DNA of 63,827 nucleotides, filler included, from Octopus bimaculoides (taxonomy: Eukaryota), in the NCBI RefSeq assembly GCF_001194135.2. It is 5 parts of 5 records of this genome, joined end to end, with 100 filler letters (N's around TTAATTAATTAA, not from the genome) between each part and the next. Parts side by side here need not be neighbours in the genome. Positions count along the whole stretch, not along the records: positions 1 to 27,272 come from NC_068986.1; 4 more parts are not named here. One strand, written 5' to 3'. Under the pieces are notes generated by a model. It did not search any database. It was not told the DNA's origin and saw only the letters and a list, made by a program, of their open reading frames with translations. Positions 1 to 12,118 of this stretch are shown here, in pieces (the first letter of the stretch is position 1; the number at the start of each line of letters is the position of its first letter). Made by a program: the position numbers and the translations under genes.

Positions 1-162
1 ATGTGCCACCTGCACAAGAGCCAGTCCAGGGGCACTGGCAACGATCTCGCTCGAAAATCCTACGACGGCCAGTCAGGCGGTACTGGCAACGGCCATGCTC
101 AAAATGGTGTATTTTATGTGCCACCCGCACAAGAGCCAGTCCAGGGGCACTACACACACATA

Positions 163-520
163 TCATCATCATCATCGTCGTCGTTTAACGTCCGCTTTCC
201 ATGCTAGCATGGGTTGGATGATTTGACTGAGGACTGCACCAGGTTCCAATCTGATCTGGCAGAGTTTCTACAGCTGGATGCCCTTCCTAATGCCAACCAC
301 TCCGAGAGTGCAGTGGGTGTTTTTATGTGCCACCGGCACGAGGGCCAGTCACACGGTACTGGCAACGACCTTGCTCGAATGATTTTCTAACGTGCCACCA
401 GCACAGGTGCTAGAAGGCAACGCTGGTAACGATTATGCTCTAATGGTGCCATTTGCGGGCCACTAGCACGGAAGCCAGACAGCTGCTCTGGGAATGAACA
501 CACTCGACAGTGCTGTTAGT
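163..520 (-). mobile_element. RTE-type 3' UTR fragment with hairpin modules (further partial copy at 1-150)
   Basis: Same tail and ggtgctttttacgtgccaccggcac modules as 56664-57050. Confidence 0.75.
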
Positions 521-619
521 GCTCCACTGGCATGTGCGGCCATGCTGAGGATGTAAACACACCAACATTGGGTTGTCAAGCGATGGTTGAGGGACAGACA
601 CAGATACGCACACACATAT

Positions 620-975
620 ATACAATGGGCTTCTTTCAGTTACCAAATTCACTCACAAGGCTTTGGTCAGCTCGAAGGTATAGTATTCGAAGAAACTTGC
701 TCAAGGTGTCACACTGTGGGACTGAACCTGGAAACATGTGTTTGGTAAGCAAGCTACTTACCACCCAGCCACTCCTGTGCCTACATTATATATATGTATA
801 TATATATATATTTACACGTGGTTGTGTGGTAAGAAGTGTTTTGCTTTCCAACCATTTGGTTTTGGGTTCAGTCCCACTGCATGGCACCTTGAGCAAGGGC
901 CTTCTACTATAGCCTCAGGCCAACCAAAGCCTTGTGAATGGATTTGAATAGATAAAAACTAAAAGAAGCTTATTA
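620..975. mobile_element. Head-to-head pair of tRNA-derived SINEs (family A, CORE-like cttgggcaagt motif). Other copies at about 5810, 10430, 11050, 13090, 18515, 24825, 31060, 50960, 55230 and 61860.
   Basis: Consensus gtggctgtgtggtaagaag..ggttcagtcccactgc..ccttgggcaagtgtcttctactatagcc..gaaactgaaagaagcc. One copy is on - (620-778) and one on + (818-970). Confidence 0.75.
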
Positions 976-1421
976 TACATATCATCATCATCATCATTTA
1001 ACGTCCACTTTCTATGCTGGCATGGGTTGGACGGTTTGCTACTTCGGTTGCTATGGCATTGAGGTAGATCTGACCACCCCTGTTAACAGGGACAAAACCC
1101 GGATTGAAAACACTAGGAGGGGGAAAAGCAATGCATTGAATACCAAGAGGAAAAGGCTGACTTTATATAATGGTTTAGAATTTTCACTCTCAGGTGTTTC
1201 AGTCTACTTAGCTGTCAATAGGTACCATCTAGGTAGCATGGTTAGGTGGTTGAACTATGGAACTATTTACTTAGAGACCATAAGTTCGCGTATACCCTCA
1301 TTATGCTTTAAGGACTTTGTTGTTTTGGTGGGGGCAGAACCTCAGTTCATCTTGCTCTCAGGAAGAGATACCATATCAATGTAGTTTAATATTCAGCCAC
1401 TGTCCACTAATCAGTTCATTT

Positions 1422-1950
1422 ATCATCATCATCATCATCGTCGTTGTTTAACGTCTGCTTTCCATGCTGGCATGGGTTGGACGGTTTGACTGAGGACTGG
1501 CAAGCCAGAAGGCTGCACCAGTCTCCAATCTGATCAGGCAAAGTTTCTACAGCTGGATGCCCTTCCTAACACCAGCCACTCCGAGAGTGTAATGGGTGCT
1601 TTTACATGCCACCGGCATGAGGGCAAGTCAGGCGGGTACTGGCAGCAACCATGCTCAAAAGATGTTTTTTTGTACTACCTGCATGGAAGCCAGTCCGGTA
1701 GCACTGGCAATAACCATGCTCAAATGTTGTTTTTCACGTGCCACCGGCACATGTGCCAGTAGGGCGACGCTGGCAACGATCACACTCGAATGGTGCTTTT
1801 TACGTGCCACCGGCACAGGAGGCTGTAAGCGGTCCTGGCAACGATCATGCTCAGATGGTGCTTTTAACATTCCACTGGCATGAATGCCAATCAGGCGATA
1901 CTGTCATCAGCCATGTCAGCAATTTTGATTTCACTTGCCTGAACAGGTTT
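1422..1950 (-). mobile_element. RTE-type 3' UTR fragment with five ~65-bp modules
   Basis: (CAT)n tail, shared 3' end, and five diverged modules each carrying gccagt..actggc and gtgcc..ggcac motifs. Confidence 0.8.
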
Positions 1951-2224
1951 TCGCAAGCAAAATTTATTGTCCAAACAGGTGCTGCACAGCGGGATTGAAC
2001 AAGAAACATGGTTGCAAAGTGCACTTTCCATCTGCTCAGCCATGCCTGCATCTATATTATAAGTTAACGATAAAATTTTAATTAGTTTTAAAATTAATTG
2101 ACACACACACAGGTTGTCTCCTCTTCAAAAGGAAATATAGTCACAAAAAAGTTAACCAAATCAATAATTTATTCATTTTCTTTTTCTATATATTTTTTTA
2201 TTGTTTTGTTTTTGTTTTCCCTAG

Positions 2225-2404
2225 CTTCTTCTAGTCTGGATACTCCAATAACAACAGCTGGCATTCTATCACCTGATGCCAAACCTTTGGAATCTGTGAG
2301 TGTGAAACAAAGACTAGGCAAGATTACCACAGCGCCGGCAACAAGTACGACATCCAAAAAAAATTTTGAAAAATCAGAATCTTCTGATGTTTTATCAAAA
2401 AAAG
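2225..2404 (+). CDS. Internal exon of a probable C19orf47-like protein (SSSLDTPITTAG...SVKQRLG...DVLSKK)
   Basis: ttttccctag acceptor and AAAG|gtaaaa donor, 180 nt, phase 1-1, open frame. The SVKQRLG motif resembles the SVFxRLG-type repeats of C19orf47. Confidence 0.6.
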
Positions 2405-2958
2405 GTAAAATTTATTGTTTAGTTTAAAAATGTGGGGTTTTTTTTTTTTTCAGGGATCAGATGAGACTAAATAATGTCCTTTTCGAAATAATTTGAGTCA
2501 TCTTCATTTTACTTGTTTTGGTTGTTGGACTGTGGCCAAGCTGCAGCACTGCCTTGAAGAGTTGAGTCAAACAAATTGACCCCTGTATTTATTTCTATAA
2601 GTTTGGTCCTTGTTTTTGCTGCTGTACGCATGGGTGACTCTCACCTTACTGGCATAACCCTTGTACATGGCATGTTTGGCTCTCGCAAGACATTCATCTT
2701 CTACCTTCCCCAGATCACAGAGTGAGAGTCTCTTTTCGAAGGCTTTCTCCAAATTGATCATGTGAAATACAATGGTTTACTTTTAGCTAAATATTTCTCC
2801 TGCATTTGCCATTTACTCGAAAGAGGGCATCGGTGGTACTTCTCTCTTGCACAAGACCAAACTGTATTTCATTTTGTCTAATCCTCTTTCAAACTAATTG
2901 GACTGTAACTCTCTGTAACTTACAGGACCTGGTCAATTTTATACCCCTATAATCACTT

Positions 2959-3083
2959 CTTTAATTAGCAATTTGATACCTCTGTAATCACTTTAATTAG
3001 CAATTTGATACCTCTATATTTCTTTAATTAGCAATTTGATACCTCTATATTTCTTTAATTAGCAATTTGATACCTTTATAATT
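2959..3083. repeat. Minisatellite, four copies of ~31 bp
   Basis: Unit ttaattagcaatttgatacctctatatttct. Confidence 0.9.
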
Positions 3084-3248
3084 ACATCTATGTAAGGTAT
3101 CTCTTTTACCCTTGTAATGCTGCTACATCAGTCATTAAGTATGGCACCTTCCCTTACAATCTGGGGTCAATGTAATCAACTAGACCCCCCCCCCAAAAAA
3201 AAAATAATAATTTCAGGTTTCCTGCTTGTAGTAGAAAGGATTATTATT

Positions 3249-3428
3249 TGATGAAACCTCTCAGCTTAGGATGGAAAGTGTCAGCTCTCCTCAGCCAGCA
3301 GACTAAGGTGACACTTGTTTTACTGGTCACGATTCAAGAACTCTGCGAAGAACTCTTGCAGTTCCAAGTAATGCTGATTTTTGTAGATGTTCTACCTTCA
3401 CACTTGTACCAATGTCCTCTGCCTTCCC
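3249..3428 (-). mobile_element. 5'-truncated R4/Dong-like LINE 3' end with 24-bp TSD
   Basis: Translates to VKVEHLQKSALLGTARVLRRVLES*. It is flanked by CTTGTAGTAGAAAGGATTATTATT at 3225-3248 and 3429-3452. Confidence 0.82.
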
Positions 3429-3724
3429 CTTGTAGTAGAAAGGATTATTATTGTTCTTGTTGTTGTTGTAAGGCAGCAAGCTGGAAGAATCATTAGCACA
3501 CCAGGTAAAATGCTTAGCAAAGTTTCATCCATCTTTACATTATGAGTTCAAATTCCACTGAGGTCGACTTTGCCTTTCAGCTTTTTTTTGGTGGGGTTGG
3601 CTCGATAAAATAGTACCAGTTGTGTACTGGGATTTGATGTAATTGACTCATCTCCTCCCGCAAAATTGCTGCCCTTGTGCCAATGTGCCAAAACTTGAAA
3701 GCATTATTATTATTATTATTATTA

Positions 3725-4075
3725 TTATTATCATTCATCATTTAACGTCTGTTTTCCAAGCTGGCATGGGTTGGACGGTTTGACTGAGGTCTGGAGAGCC
3801 AGTGGTTGCACCAGGTTCCATTCTGATCTGGTAATGTTTCTACAGCTGGATGCCCTTCCTAGCACCAGCCACTCCGAGAGTGTAGTGGGTACTTTTTACG
3901 TGCCACTGGCACAGGGGCCAGTCAGTGGGTACTGGCATCGGTCATGTTCAATTGGTGCTTTTTACATCCCACCGGCACAGGAGCCAGTCAAGCAGACCTG
4001 GCATCGACCACGTTCGGATGGTGCTTTTTACATGCCACCGGCACGGGAACCAGTCAGTGGGAACTGGCCATAGCT
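3725..4075 (-). mobile_element. RTE-type 3' UTR fragment with three modules
   Basis: Same family as above. Confidence 0.78.
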
Positions 4076-4345
4076 ACGATATTATTATTATTATTATTAT
4101 TATCGTTAATTATGGTGGCCTTGTGCCAAAACTTGAAAGCTGGCAGAATCATTAGCACACCAGGTAAAATGGTTAGTGGCATTTCGTCCATCTGCACATT
4201 CTGAGTTCAAATTCCACCCAGGTTGACTTTGTCTTTCGTCCTTTCAGGGTCGATAAATTAAGTACCAGTCAAGTACTGGGGTTGATGTAATCGACTATCC
4301 CCCTCCCCACAAATTCCAGGCCTTGTGCCTACAGCAGAAATTATA

Positions 4346-4381
<36 letters not shown>

Positions 4382-4650
4382 GTTATTTTATTTTATTTAT
4401 GTGTTTTTTACTTTCAGTCTCTTAGTCTCTGGTTTTAATTTCAGTAAGTATATCATGTGAACAGGAAATAATATTGGAATGTAGTTTTGCTGTATTATTG
4501 GAATGAAATATTGCTATGATATTGGAATGTAGTATTGCTAAGATATTGCCATTCCTAATAAATTGCTGGTTTATTGTGTCATGGCTCACATTTTACTAAG
4601 ATATTGACATTTTAGAATCTGCTTGCTCTTATTAACAATAGTATTATCAC

Positions 4651-5052
4651 ATGAAGTAGTTGTATGCTGTCAACTTAATGTGGCAGTCCCCTGAAGGGAA
4701 TAATACTACTGTTGGTTAAACCTAGGAAGCTGCACCACTTCCTGTCGGCCTTGACACATTTCTTGTGTCCTTATGTTTACAAGGGGGAGACAAGCACCTC
4801 TACCCAGCTAAGTCTGCATCCAGAGACATGTTTCTGAGTCTTTGAGACTGATGATGAGCAAAGACTCAGAAGCATGTCTCTGGATGCAGACGTAGCTGGG
4901 TAGAGGTGCTTGTCTCCCCCTTGTAAACATAAGGACACGGGAAATGTGTCAAGGCCGACAGGAAGTGGTGCAGCTTCCTAGGTTTAACCAACAGTAGTAT
5001 TATTCCCTTCAGGGGACTGTCACATTAAGTTGATAGCATACAACTACTTCAT
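4651..5052. repeat. 402-bp palindrome (194-bp arms, 6 mismatches, 14-nt spacer), probable Penelope-type pseudo-LTR foldback
   Basis: Arms 4651-4844 and 4859-5052 were aligned by hand as reverse complements, with a hammerhead core at the centre. Confidence 0.9.
4845..4881 (+). ncRNA. Minimal type-I hammerhead ribozyme motif, probably inactivated (GAAA to GAAG)
   Basis: AGA-CTGATGA-TGAG(caaaga)CTCA-GAAG-CATGTC-TCT. It has the core, a 4-bp stem II, a palindromic stem III and a GUC site. The antisense arm keeps GTTTC, the complement of GAAAC. Confidence 0.6.
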
Positions 5053-6712
5053 CGTATCTCTACTGCATAAATCTCTTTGAGATATTTAGAAATGTATTAT
5101 TTCTAAAAAGAGTATTATCATATGCTGACACACAGGTGTGTTGTGTTGATGGCTAACAGTTCGATGACAAAGGGTCAAATGGTCCAACTGAAAGAGCCCT
5201 ACAGAGAAATAAGGCCAAGGAAGAAGTGGTGAAAGCTAATTTCAGAGTTTCGAACCTCATAAAGCTGACGAGGGCAACATTTGGTGAGATTCTCTCTTGG
5301 AACAGAGCTTCGTAACCCATGCCAGCATGGAACTGCTGGTGATGTGCATAAATGGAAAGAGGCTGGAATGTTACAGGACAATTGGAAGGATATGTAGTTC
5401 GGTTAGGCTGTCGGAAAAAGGCAGGGTCAGATGTGCAAGGAACTGGTGATGAAATATTATTAATTAGAAAATAAAAAACAAAAGGGAAAGAATAGAGAAA
5501 AGATGAGAGGGAGTTCTTATCTCAAACTTTCAATGACTGTAGTGACATCGCAAAGAGTAAGCATATACTAATTACTCTCAGTGGCGCTAAATAGAAGTGT
5601 GCCACAAGCAGTATTTATAAAGAGAACATCTTTTATTTGTTTCAGTCATTTGACTGTGGCCATGCTGGAGCACCACCTTTAGTCGAATAAATTGCCCCCA
5701 GGACTTATTCTTTGTAAGCCTAGTACTTGTTCTATCAGTCTCTTTTGCTGAACTGTGAAGTTACAGGGATGTAAACACACCATCACCAGTTTTCAATATA
5801 AATATACGACAAGCTTCTTTCAGTTTCCATCTACCTAAATCCACCAAATCCACTCACAAGGCTTTGGTTGGCCTGAGGCTATTCTAAAAAACACTTGCCC
5901 AAGGTGCCATGCAGTGGGACTGAACCTGGAATCATGTGGTTGGTAAGCAAGCTACTTACCACACAGCCACTCCTGCACCTATAGCTATTCAATTTTATTA
6001 ACTTACTTTAATTTAGTTTTATTCTTTTGTTACTATATTTCTGTCGAAACACATTGCCATTCGAAACACATTGCCATTGTTTCAATTAATTTTGTAAATG
6101 ATAAAGAATTTAGTAAAATAATTAATATTCAGCTGGTGTTTGGAACATAAATTAAGATAGAATGTTGAAGGAAGGTTTTAATTTAGATTACCTGTTGGTC
6201 TCACGTGGATTGGTCTTAAAAGTGTTGAGGGGTGTCAAGTGGACATAAGACTACCATTTATTTTAAATAAATAAACTATAATAGTTAAGGATGGCTTGTT
6301 ACATTCATTATAACCTCGTTCCATTTTGTGTCTGTGGTGCTATGCTATCCAGCAGCACATCAATATTTGCACTTACGTAACATGGTGTAGCCTGATGATT
6401 TGAGAGGTTCTCTGTTGCGTTTTGCAGTATATTATAGGTGTTGCAATTCATACATGTATGATGTTACAATACAACAAAATCTCCCAAAGAAATGATTGTA
6501 GTGATACCATGTAATCCAGTCATTTGTTATTCTCCACTACACTGAAGTTCTCTTCAGCATTGGATACTCTTAAAATCGAAGATTACCAACCACCACCTGT
6601 GGACTTTCTGGATTGTTTACCTGTTAATTTGTGTTTTACCATATAATCAGTAATGTCATTAATGTGGTGTGCTTCACTTTGATGTGCCCTGATCTTTATT
6701 GATCTTTTAAAT

Positions 6713-6743
<31 letters not shown>

Positions 6744-7285
6744 NNNNNNNNNNNNNNNNNNNNNNNNNNNNNNNNNNNNNNNNNNNNNNNNNNNNNNNNN
6801 NNNNNNNNNNNNNNNNNNNNNNNNNNNNNNNNNNNNNNNNNNNNNNNNNNNNNNNNNNNNNNNNNNNNNNNNNNNNNNNNNNNNNNNNNNNNNNNNNNNN
6901 NNNNNNNNNNNNNNNNNNNNNNNNNNNNNNNNNNNNNNNNNNNNNNNNNNNNNNNNNNNNNNNNNNNNNNNNNNNNNNNNNNNNNNNNNNNNNNNNNNNN
7001 NNNNNNNNNNNNNNNNNNNNNNNNNNNNNNNNNNNNNNNNNNNNNNNNNNNNNNNNNNNNNNNNNNNNNNNNNNNNNNNNNNNNNNNNNNNNNNNNNNNN
7101 NNNNNNNNNNNNNNNNNNNNNNNNNNNNNNNNNNNNNNNNNNNNNNNNNNNNNNNNNNNNNNNNNNNNNNNNNNNNNNNNNNNNNNNNNNNNNNNNNNNN
7201 NNNNNNNNNNNNNNNNNNNNNNNNNNNNNNNNNNNNNNNNNNNNNNNNNNNNNNNNNNNNNNNNNNNNNNNNNNNNNNNNNNNNA

Positions 7286-7600
7286 AATATATATGAGCAT
7301 GTCTAGATATGCAACTATATGCATGAGACATAAAACATACAGATTTGCACATACAAACATACATACCTGTAATTATTGGAGCCCTAGGATATGTAACACA
7401 CTGCCTTAATATCAATCTTGAGAAAATAGGCTTCTCAAAAGCAGAAAGGAGAAAGCTAATTTGAAGACTACAGATACAATCCATCACTGGAACTGTAAAA
7501 ATCTGTAAAACTTTCCAGGAGTTTATCATTTAAATATATATGAGCATGTCTAGATATGCAACTATATGCATGAGAATACATACAAATCTGCATACATACA
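7286..7600 (+). mobile_element. Second copy of the same RLE-type LINE 3' end, preceded by another copy of its 3' UTR
   Basis: PVIIGALG...LQIQSITGTVKICKTFQEFII*. The UTR motif gagcatgtctagatatgcaactatatgcatgaga occurs at ~7296 and ~7543. Confidence 0.75.
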
Positions 7601-9001
7601 CACATAGAAACAAACAATATATTGAGTCCGGTTTATTGCTGTGTTCTGTTTAGACTTAGTGCTTCTTCATGAAATGACCCAATAAAGTATTTTCTGAATT
7701 GTGATGCTCTGTTCTTGTGGTAGTATCGACTTTATACTAACTCAGTAACACAATAACCCAATCAGTATATCGTTTCATGATGTTATTGGATAGTATATTA
7801 TTCCAGGAGTTGTTGTGTCCATTATAAATTCATATGTAATGCCATGTTTGTATGCTAAGGTATGGATGGATGGACAGACGGATGTTTGTTTGTTGCTGAG
7901 GGACTCAAGAACCAGGAGTTTTGTGCTTTGGCATTTACCAAATCCATGTTTTGAATTGTATTTTTCCTGTTTATTTCGCCAAACTTAAAGATATAAATGT
8001 TCACTTTTGACATCCACTTTTCTATGCTTGCATGGGTTGGTCTGGGACCTTAGTACAACACACTTGCCCAAGGTGTCACACTATGGTACTGAACCCAAGA
8101 CCACAGGGTTGGGAAGTAAGATTCTTAACCACACAGTCACCCTCCCTCTTGATACCATGTCTCTCTCTCTTACTATCCAGCATCATTTCACTTGTTAGTC
8201 ATTCTTCATCCATTAATACACCCACTCATTATTACAGCCGTCCCACAACTCTTCGGGCCACCAAATTATCTCTTCTCGTGCACTGTGCCCCTCGCTGCCC
8301 CTGCAACCTACCCAAACACATCTCTCTTTCCCTCCCCCTTTCAACTGTATCTTCATTACTGTCCTGCTGCTAGCATCCCTTCTACTTCCTCCAACTTGTG
8401 CATCTCCCATCTTTGTAACCATCTGCCCCTCAGCCCTTCCCAATCTTCTCAAACGTTGCCTTATCTTCCTCTCTTATAATTGCTCCTATCTCTCCTTTGC
8501 TCTGGCAAGTTCACACCCATACACACTCCTAGCTTCTCTGTCCCCACTCACTACTCCTCACTTCATACTTTAAGGTGCTACCTCGACCCCCCCCCCTATC
8601 GTTGTTTCATTCTCACTCTGTCCCTTAAATGTGAATGGCCATGTAGCTTTTCCACAAGAGCCTGTTCCACACCAAGTTCTTCTCTCACACCTTAAACCCC
8701 CATCTAACATAAGGGGTGCCCACCCCTCTTAGGGTTTTATTGACTTGCAAGCTGCAGAACGACTTCACCAGTGCTGGTACCACAGAAAAAGCACCCAGTA
8801 CACACAGGTTTCCTTGCTTAGAAATAGGTGAGGTTTGGCGACAGGATGGACGTCTGACCGTAGAAAATATGCTTCAGTAAATTCCATCCTCTCCATTCAA
8901 GCATGGGAACATGGATGTTAAAATGATGATGATGTGCAAAATCCAGTTTTTATTATTATTATTAACAAACGTCAAATTTTTGCTTTATTATTCATTAACA
9001 G

Positions 9002-9138
9002 GCGTCAAATCCCGTCTTGGACTCCAACGATGTTCAGAAGTAAGCTCCACTGCGGATGATCCACAAGACACAGAACTTCTCAATGGTGACAGCAGTGGGG
9101 TCTTCAGTCGTCTTGGGCGGCCCATACTGAAATCATGA
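9002..9138 (+). CDS. Terminal exon of the same gene: (G)VKSRLGLQRCSEVSSTADDPQDTELLNGDSSGVFSRLGRPILKS*
   Basis: ttcattaacag acceptor in phase 1, compatible with the 2404 donor. It ends in GVFSRLGR, similar to the recalled C19orf47 motifs TGVFSRLG and C-terminal SVFKRLGR. AATAAA follows at about 9152. Confidence 0.62.
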
Positions 9139-11331
9139 AGTCTCCACTGTAATAAAGCCATTGTACATCTTCCATACAGACCAATTTCATACACATCCAT
9201 ACACACACTTACAGGTATACACATACATATCACACACACACACACATGCACACTTATATATACACATCCACATATTTTGCATTTTTATACAGATCTCACA
9301 AATGCACATATTACACAAACACACACACACACATATACATATACACACGTGTGTGTACACCTACTATATAATGCCCACCACCACCACTACTTGCAGTTTG
9401 ACCAAACTATGCAATCAAAAACTGACAATGTACCATGAAAAAGATTCTCTCCCCCCCTCCCCCATCCCCGCCCATGAAAACATTAAAAAAAAAAAGCTGA
9501 AAAGTGTTCCCACACAATTATCAGTTTACTCTTCCTCCTCCTCCCCACCCCCTCTCACTATTTGAGAAGATATATTTATTTAAATTTTTGATGAACAAAA
9601 AAAAAAGATCCCCAGCATTAAAGAACAAAATTCCTGCTCTCCTCCCCTGTTTTAATTTCCCCCCTGATTAATTTCAACATAAACAGTCGACCCCCTATTT
9701 TCTTATATTCGTCTGCAATTCATTGCTATTCCCCCTTTCTCCCCTATAAAGCTTTCCACTGAAGACAGTTCTGTAACAATGACATTATTCTCCCTTTAAG
9801 CCTACAACATCAGAGACAACAGCTGCACCTCTTACAGACTTGCAGAATTCCTTGCAAAATTCCTCTTCCTGTGGAAATGGCCTAAATTAGTTGTTACTTT
9901 TTTTTTGTTTAATTTGTTCATTTTCACTCAAATAATTTCCTTTCATTGCTCACAGCAATAATTCTTGCTTTGTAATGGCAGATATTTTAGCAACAATGCT
10001 GTTTGTTCGGCAATTTTAGTTAGATGTCTGCTGAATTGCTCACTATAGTAGTGATAATATGGACAGATGTATGTTTGGATGGTCATATATGGTCACCATA
10101 TAACAACACTTCAAAGAACAAACAAAGGATAATTTCTTCAAAGTTTGTTAATTAGTTCATTAAGAAAGTTGAGGAACGGTAACGTCCTCTGCTAAATTCC
10201 TCACAAAATAATATTTAGTTTGTTACATTTATGTTCTGCGTTAGATTTCTGCCAGGTTTAACTTCACTTTTCACATCTCTCTAAACACATTGGGGCCAAT
10301 TCAATTAATTACAGGTGTACAAATTAGCAACATGCCACCTGAAATAAAACCAGGACTCTATATGTTACACAGTTACCTCTCCTTGTTGGCCATATGTATT
10401 TTTGATTCTCGTACGATCCCAGTCGTGGCATTATGGTTAAGAAGTTTGCTTTATAGCTACATGGTTTGGGGATCAAACCCACTACACTGCTAAGTATCTT
10501 CTACCACAGCCTTGTGCTGACTAAAAGCCTTGTAAAGGAAATTTGGTTGACAAAAACTGTGTGAAGACCTGTTTGAAGGAGGTCACTCCCGTTTGTAGGT
10601 GGGTGACTTAATCTGGTGCTTGGTTTTAACACAATCACTTCCCCATGACCTGTTTTTATGGCCTTCAAGACTGGCAGAAGAAACGGAGAAGTTATCCTCA
10701 GACATGGGACCTGACCCAAATGCTTTCAACAACAGAGCAGATTCCACTAAAGGTCATAGGTATTGTCCTTTTACCTTTCCTCTTCTCCCTAAACCATAAA
10801 GAAAAAACAAGAAAACCCCAAAAAGATTAAAAAATTAAGGAAATATGTGATCTACTTTTAATGTAGACTACAGAAATATATTTTAAAAATTCAGGTTTTA
10901 TGTGTGTGTTATTACATTTTTTTGAAAAAAAAAAAATATTTGTTTTTGTCTTACCCAGAAGTAAAGAGCTGCTACTTGTGCAAGAACATGCAATGCCAAC
11001 ATGGGGACCTGTATATGACCACATCATGGTTTACTTAAAATATCTCCAGGTGCAGGCATAGCTGTGTTGTTAAGAACTTCGCCTGCCAACCACAAGATTC
11101 TAGTTTCAGTCGCCTGTGTGGCACTTTAGACGAGTGTCTTCTATTATAGCTCCAGCCTGACCAAAGCCCTGTGAGTGGATTTGATAGATGGAAACTGTAA
11201 GAAGCCTATTGTGTGTGGGGTACATATATGCTTCTGTCTTAACATCATGTGATAGGTGTAAATGAGTGTCACTGTTATACAGGCAGTGTCATTCATTGCC
11301 AGTCGTGTGGGAAAACCTGTCTGGCTGTGGG

Positions 11332-11506
11332 GAAATATTACCTTGCATGGAAACAGGTGAGGTTTGGCAACAGGAAAGGCAGCCAACTAGAAATATTACC
11401 TTGCATGGAAACGGGTGAGGTTTGGCAACATGAAAGGCAGCCAACTAGAAATATTACCTTGCATGGAAACAGGTGAGGTTTGGCAACAGGAAGGGCAGCC
11501 AACTAG
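11332..11506. repeat. Three tandem copies of a 58-bp unit inside a retroposon copy
   Basis: Unit gaaatattaccttgcatggaaacaggtgaggtttggcaacaggaaaggcagccaacta starts at 11332, 11390 and 11448. Confidence 0.92.
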
Positions 11507-11719
11507 AGAAAATTTGCCTCAGTAAGCTCTGATCAACTCCTGCAAATGGATGTTAAAACGACGATGATGATCTCCATAAAACCATACCTGTCTTAAAAAG
11601 GTGAGGTCACCTTGATACACTATCTGAATAGATGAGATGGTCACAGTTGGAATGTCTCGGATCATTTGGCATTGTAGATCAGGGCTGACGTAGAGTGAAA
11701 TGATTTGTATAGATCTCCT

Positions 11720-12118
11720 TCATTGGACACGAAACTCAGCTTGCGAAGGCCTGTTGGGGCAAGTGAAAGCAAAATTGTGATGGTACCTGTGCCCAGCGTC
11801 ATCTTCCTGGCACGTGTAAAGACATTCGAGCGAGATCGTTGCCAGTGCCGCTGGACTGGCTCCTGCGCAGGTGGCACATAAAGTACACCATTTTGAGTGT
11901 GGCCGTTGCCAATACCGCCTGACTGGCCTTCATGCCAGTGGCACGTAAAAGCACCCACTACACTCTCGGAGTGGTTGGCGTTAGGAAGGACATCCAGCTG
12001 TAGAAACTCTGCCAAATCAGATTGGAGCCTGGTGCAGCCTTCTGGCTTACCAGTCCTCAGTCAAATCGGCCAACCCATGCTAGCATGGAAAGAGGACGTT
12101 AAACGATGATGATGATAC
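11720..12118 (+). mobile_element. RTE-type 3' UTR fragment (two full modules and one fused module)
   Basis: Colinear with 26180-26702 apart from an internal deletion between modules. Confidence 0.8.

Noticed and set aside
1596-1900. Repeat-spacer-like array resembling CRISPR
   Set aside because: The context is eukaryotic with no cas genes. The variable parts are homologous to each other, and the array is part of a dispersed RTE 3' UTR.
2405-9001. Additional exons of the C19orf47-like gene
   Set aside because: No phase 1-1 candidate with coding character was seen. The two called exons join directly in frame, although the 6744-7285 gap could hide one.
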